Assembly (NCBI GenBank): GCA_037440005.1
Contig: JBBIUY010000051.1
Coordinates: forward strand, 1 to 12,632
Length of the DNA: 12,632 nt
Origin: Armatimonadota bacterium
Lineage (GTDB): Bacteria; Sysuimicrobiota; Sysuimicrobiia; Sysuimicrobiales; Kaftiobacteriaceae
Reading direction: 5' to 3'
In this document: one piece after another, positions 8,587 through 12,632 of the stretch
Layout of the letters: each line of letters opens with the position of its first letter
How positions within the stretch are numbered: position 1 is the stretch's first letter
Made by a program: the position numbers and the translations under genes
Notes under the pieces: generated by a model
What the model was told of the DNA's origin: nothing
Databases searched by the model: none
The model's input: the letters and a program-made list of their open reading frames with translations, nothing else

Positions 8587-8596
8587 GGGGGACGCC

Positions 8597-9100
8597 ATGG
8601 CGCTGCGCGGACGCGCCCACGTGCTGGGCGACCACGTGGACACCGACGTGATCATCCCGGCCCGCTACCTGGTCACCACCGACCCGGCCGAACTGGCCCG
8701 CTCCGTCTTCGAGGACTTAGACCCGTCCCTGCGGGCCCGCATCCGCCCCGGCGACATCCTGGTGACCGGGGAGAACTTCGGCCAGGGCAGCTCCCGGGAG
8801 CATGCCCCGCTGGCGATCAAGGGGGCGGGCATCGCGTGCGTCGTGGCGGCCTCGTTCGCCCGGATCTTCTACCGCAACGCCTTCAACATCGGGCTGCCGG
8901 TGGTGGAGTGCCGCCCGATCGTCGGCCGGGTGGCCGACGGCGACGAGCTGGAGGTGGACCTGACCACCGGGACCATCCGCAACCTCACCCGGCAGGAGAC
9001 GTACGCCGGCACGCCGGTGCCGGAGTTCATGCAGCGGCTGCTGGCCGCCGGAGGCCTGGTCGGGTACGTCCGGGCCGAGCTGGCGCGGCGGCGGACGTGA
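8597..9100 (+). CDS. leuD: 3-isopropylmalate dehydratase small subunit (LeuD type 2)
   Basis: DHVDTDVIIPARYLVT, GENFGQGSSREHAP, SFARIFYRNAFNIGLP. The substrate loop YLVT is of the isopropylmalate isomerase type rather than homoaconitase YLRT. Confidence 0.95.
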   Translation: MALRGRAHVLGDHVDTDVIIPARYLVTTDPAELARSVFEDLDPSLRARIRPGDILVTGENFGQGSSREHAPLAIKGAGIACVVAASFARIFYRNAFNIGLPVVECRPIVGRVADGDELEVDLTTGTIRNLTRQETYAGTPVPEFMQRLLAAGGLVGYVRAELARRRT

Positions 9101-9112
9101 AGGAGGACGACG

Positions 9113-9271
9113 ATGGGAGACCTGTCTGCGGGCGCCGAGCCCCTGGAGTCGCTGCTGCGGGCCCTGGCCGAGACCCTCGCCCGGGACCTGGGGAGGGAGG
9201 CGGCCGATCCGGCCGAGCTGCGCTGGGTGATCGAGCGCATCCAGGAGACCTTCGACAGCCGTGCCGGCTGA
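9113..9271 (+). CDS. Small hypothetical protein, 52 aa (MGDLSAGAEPLESLLRALAETLARDLGREAADPAELRWVIERIQETFDSRAG)
   Basis: Translated by hand; absent from the ORF track. Perfect SD AGGAGG (9101-9106) directly after the leuD stop and 6 nt before ATG 9113. Operon-like codon usage. Fills the leuD-leuB gap and overlaps the leuB start by 11 nt. Confidence 0.78.
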   Translation: MGDLSAGAEPLESLLRALAETLARDLGREAADPAELRWVIERIQETFDSRAG

Positions 9272-10337
9272 GGTCCGGGTTGCTCTGCTGCCCGGCGACG
9301 GCATCGGGCCGGAGGTGATCCGGGAGGCCGCCGCCGTGCTGGAGGCGGCCGGGCGGCGGTTCGGGATCCCCATCGCCTTCACCGAGGCCCCCGTCGGCGG
9401 CGACGCCGTCGACCGGACGGGCGTGCCGCTGCCCGAGCGCACCCTCCAGATCTGCCGCCACAGCGACGCCGTCATGCTGGGCGCCGTGGGCGGCCCCCGG
9501 TGGGACCACCTGCCCGGGGCGGCGCGGCCCGAGGCGGGGCTGCTGCAGCTGCGCCGGGCCCTGGGGGTGTACGCCAACCTGCGGCCCGTGCGGGTGGCAC
9601 CCGCCCTGGTGGACGCCTCGCCCCTGCGCCCGGAGGTGGCGGCGGGCACCGACCTGGTGATCGTCCGGGAGCTGACCGGGGGGCTGTACTACGGGCAGCC
9701 CCGGGGCCGGACCGACGACGGCGCCGTGGACACCATGCGGTACTCGGCCGCCGAGGTGGCCCGGGTGGTCCGGGTGGCCGTGGCCCTGGCCCGCGCGCGG
9801 CGGCGGCGGGTAACCTCGGTGGACAAGGCCAACGTGCTGGAGACCTCGCGGCTGTGGCGGGAGGTGGCCACCGCCGAGGCGGCGCGGGCGCCCGACGTCC
9901 GGGTGGAGCACATGCTGGTGGACACGTGCGCCCTGCAGCTGGTGCGGGCCCCCGCCCAGTTCGACGTCATCGTCACCGAGAACATGTTCGGGGACATCCT
10001 CAGCGACGCGGCGGGCGCCGTGGTCGGGTCGCTGGGGCTGCTGCCCTCGGCCAGCCTGGGGGACCGCCCGCCGTCTCTGTACGAGCCCGTGCACGGCTCC
10101 GCCCCCGACCTGGCGGGCCGGGGGGTGGCCAACCCGGTGGGCGCCATCCTGAGCGCGGCGATGCTGCTGCGCCACGCCGTCGGGCACGCCGAGGCTGCCC
10201 GGGCCGTGGAGGAGGCGGTGGACCGGGTGCTGGCCGCGGGCGTGCGGACTCCCGACCTGGGCGGAAGGGCCTCCACGGCGGACGTGGGCGCCGCGGTGGT
10301 GGAGGCCCTGAGGGCGGGGGAGGAGGTGAAGCGATGA
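9261..10337 (+). CDS. leuB: 3-isopropylmalate dehydrogenase
   Basis: LLPGDGIGPEV, LGAVGGPRWD, RPEAGLLQLR, ANLRP, VRELTGGLYYG, VDKANVL, NMFGDILSD, LYEPVHGSAPDLAG, ANPVGAILSAAM. Confidence 0.97.
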   Translation: MPAEVRVALLPGDGIGPEVIREAAAVLEAAGRRFGIPIAFTEAPVGGDAVDRTGVPLPERTLQICRHSDAVMLGAVGGPRWDHLPGAARPEAGLLQLRRALGVYANLRPVRVAPALVDASPLRPEVAAGTDLVIVRELTGGLYYGQPRGRTDDGAVDTMRYSAAEVARVVRVAVALARARRRRVTSVDKANVLETSRLWREVATAEAARAPDVRVEHMLVDTCALQLVRAPAQFDVIVTENMFGDILSDAAGAVVGSLGLLPSASLGDRPPSLYEPVHGSAPDLAGRGVANPVGAILSAAMLLRHAVGHAEAARAVEEAVDRVLAAGVRTPDLGGRASTADVGAAVVEALRAGEEVKR

Positions 10338-12001
10338 CCCTGCGGTCCCGGAGCGCCCCCCTGCTGGACGGCCCCGACCGGGCGCCGGCCCGGGCGTACC
10401 TGTACGCCCTGGGGCTGACCAACGAGGACCTGCGCAAGCCCCTGGTGGGCATCGCCAACACCTGGATCGAGATGATGCCGTGCAATGTCCACCTGCGCCG
10501 CCTGGCCGACGCGGTCCGGGCCGGGGTGCGCGCCGCCGGAGGCACCCCCCTGGAGTTCAACACCATCGCCATCTCCGACGGGATCTCCATGGGCACCGAG
10601 GGAATGCGCACCTCCCTGGTGAGCCGGGAGGTGATCGCGGACTCCATCGAGCTCGTGGCCCGGGGCTACTCCCTGGACGCCCTGGTGGCGATCTCCGGCT
10701 GCGACAAGACCATCCCGGGCACCGTGATGGCCCTGGCCCGGCTGGACATCCCCGCGGTGATGATCTACGGCGGCTCCATCCTGCCGGGCGAGGTGGACGG
10801 CCGGCCGGTCACCATCCAGGACGTGTTCGAAGCCGTGGGCGCCTACCACGCGGGCCGGATCACCCTGGAGGACCTGCGCCGCCTGGAGGCGGCGGCCTGC
10901 CCGGGGCCGGGGGCCTGCGGGGGGCAGTTCACCGCCAACACCATGGCCATGGCGTTCGAATTTCTGGGCATTTCGCCTGTGGGGGCCAACGAGATCCCCG
11001 CCGTGGACGGCCGCAAGGACGCCGCCGCCGAGGCCGCCGGCCGGCTGGTGATGGAGGTCCTGCGGGAGGACCGCCGCCCGCGGCGCATCATCACCCGCCA
11101 GGCGCTGGAAAACGCCATTGCCGCCGTGGCCAGCAGCGGCGGTTCCACCAACGCCGTCTTGCACCTGCTCGCGGTCGCCCGGGAGGCGGGGGTGGAGCTG
11201 GGGCTGGACGACTTCGACCGCATCAGCGCCCGCACGCCCCTGCTGGCGGACCTGCGGCCCGGGGGGCGCTTCACCGCCCCCGATCTGTACCGGGCCGGGG
11301 GCACCCGGCTGCTGGCCCGCCGCCTGCTGGAAGCCGGCCTGCTGCACGGGGACGCCCTGACCGTCACCGGGAAGACCATCGCCGAGGAGGCAGCCCTGGC
11401 CCGCGAGACTCCGGGGCAGGAAGTGATCCGGCCGCTGGACCGTCCCCTCAAGCCCTGGGGCGGCCTGGCCGTCCTGCGGGGCAACCTCGCTCCCGAGGGG
11501 TGCGTGGTCAAGCTGGCCGGAGGGGAGCGCCAACAGCACCGGGGGCCGGCCCGGGTGTTCGACGGCGAGGAGGCGGCGTTCACGGCGGTGCGGGCGGGAG
11601 CGGTCCGGCCCGGCGACGTGGTGGTGATCCGCTACGAGGGGCCCGGCGGCGGCCCCGGCATGCGCGAGATGCTGGCGGTGACCGCCGCCCTGGTGGGCGC
11701 CGGGCTGGGGGAGTCGGTGGCGCTGGTGACCGACGGGAGGTTTTCGGGAGCCACCCGGGGGCTGATGGTCGGCCACGTGGCTCCGGAGGCGGCCCGGGGC
11801 GGCCCCCTGGCCGTCGTGCAGGACGGCGACGTGATCACCATTGACGTCCCGGCCCGGCGGCTGGACGTCGAGCTGTCCCCCGAACAGCTGCGGGACCGGA
11901 TGAGCCGCTGGTCCCCGCCGCCTCCGCGTTACGCCGCGGGCGCGCTGGCCAAGTACGCCCGCCTGGTCTCCTCGGCGTCGGAGGGGGCGGTGACGGGGTA
12001 G
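10334..12001 (+). CDS. ilvD: Dihydroxy-acid dehydratase
   Basis: True start is ATG 10334 (SD AGGAGGTG 10321-10328; ATGA overlap with the leuB stop) within the 9500..12001 ORF. Motifs PCNVHL, SDGISMG, SLVSREVIADS, GCDKTIPG, ACGGQFTANTM, GGSTNAVLHL, RYEGPGGGPGMREM, TDGRFSG, GHVAPEA. Confidence 0.97.
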   Translation: MTLRSRSAPLLDGPDRAPARAYLYALGLTNEDLRKPLVGIANTWIEMMPCNVHLRRLADAVRAGVRAAGGTPLEFNTIAISDGISMGTEGMRTSLVSREVIADSIELVARGYSLDALVAISGCDKTIPGTVMALARLDIPAVMIYGGSILPGEVDGRPVTIQDVFEAVGAYHAGRITLEDLRRLEAAACPGPGACGGQFTANTMAMAFEFLGISPVGANEIPAVDGRKDAAAEAAGRLVMEVLREDRRPRRIITRQALENAIAAVASSGGSTNAVLHLLAVAREAGVELGLDDFDRISARTPLLADLRPGGRFTAPDLYRAGGTRLLARRLLEAGLLHGDALTVTGKTIAEEAALARETPGQEVIRPLDRPLKPWGGLAVLRGNLAPEGCVVKLAGGERQQHRGPARVFDGEEAAFTAVRAGAVRPGDVVVIRYEGPGGGPGMREMLAVTAALVGAGLGESVALVTDGRFSGATRGLMVGHVAPEAARGGPLAVVQDGDVITIDVPARRLDVELSPEQLRDRMSRWSPPPPRYAAGALAKYARLVSSASEGAVTG

Positions 12002-12085
12002 GCGCGGAAGCACGCGGAAGCCCGGGTTCCCCGCGTGATCGCGTGGGTCCCGGGGGGCTTGCCGTTTCCGCTTCCCCGTTTCCGG

Positions 12086-12123
12086 AAAGTGCCGGGGGCC
12101 GCCGTTCTGGCGGCCCCCGGCGC
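12086..12123 (-). terminator. GC-rich hairpin between convergent ilvD and groL, probable groL (possibly bidirectional) terminator
   Basis: 13-bp perfect stem GCCGGGGGCCGCC(12091-12103)/GGCGGCCCCCGGC(12109-12121) with a 5-nt loop. Only a short U-tract (ACUUU) on the minus strand. Confidence 0.65.
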
Positions 12124-12152
12124 CTGTGGAGGTCCACTCGCGCTTCCGCGGC

Positions 12153-12632
12153 TTAGAACTCCTCCTCGGGCATGCCGCCGCCGGGGGTGGGGGCGGCCGC
12201 CTTCTTCTTCTCCCGCTTCTCCACCACCAGCGCCTCGGTGGTCAGCAGCAGCCCCGCCACCGACGCGGCGTTCTGCAGGGCCAGCCGGGTGACCTTGGTG
12301 GGGTCCACGATGCCGGCCTTGACCATGTCCACGAACTCGCCGCGGGCCACGTCGTAGCCGGTGCGGCCGGTCTCCCGCTTCAACCGCTCCACGATCAGGC
12401 TGCCCTCCACGCCGGCGTTGGCCGCCAGCTGGCGGGCCGGCTCCTCCAGGGCCCGGCGCACGATGCTCACGCCGATGGCCTCATCGCCCTCGGCCTCCAC
12501 CCGGTCCAGGGCGGCCAGGGCGCGGACGTAGGCGGTGCCGCCTCCCGGGACGATGCCCTCCTCCACCGCGGCCTTGGTGGCGTTGAGGGCGTCCTCGAAG
12601 CGGTGCTTCTTCTCCTTCATCTCGGTCTCGGT
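12153..12632 (-). CDS. groL: Chaperonin GroEL, C-terminal 159 aa (5' part outside the window)
   Basis: [59 protein letters not shown]. The frame is open to the window edge. Confidence 0.98.
   Translation of the reverse strand, partial: TETEMKEKKHRFEDALNATKAAVEEGIVPGGGTAYVRALAALDRVEAEGDEAIGVSIVRRALEEPARQLAANAGVEGSLIVERLKRETGRTGYDVARGEFVDMVKAGIVDPTKVTRLALQNAASVAGLLLTTEALVVEKREKKKAAAPTPGGGMPEEEF

Noticed and set aside
7306..9100. Homoaconitase (hacAB/lysTU) instead of leuCD
   Set aside because: The position between leuA and leuB and the YLVT loop (not YLRT) favour isopropylmalate isomerase.

Overview
Very GC-rich bacterial DNA, dominated by a branched-chain amino acid biosynthesis operon on the + strand: ilvB-ilvN-ilvC-leuA-leuC-leuD-(52-aa orphan ORF)-leuB-ilvD (2459-12001). 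It converges on the 3' end of groL (minus strand, runs off the window). The operon has a near-consensus sigma70 promoter and a leader of about 590 nt with two riboswitches in series, each with its own intrinsic terminator: a ykkC-family aptamer with ppGpp-subtype (2a) features, then a leucine (CUC specifier) T-box with an unusually long, branched Stem III. A possible 20-codon uORF is coupled to ilvB. The left 1.8 kb holds a four-zinc-ribbon protein gene, two inverted arrays of GATC-containing heptamer repeats, a 51-aa orphan ORF with a palindromic operator-like site upstream, tRNA-His(GUG), and an exported His/Cys-motif hypothetical protein. All calls come from reading the sequence and recalled family consensus; no searches were run.
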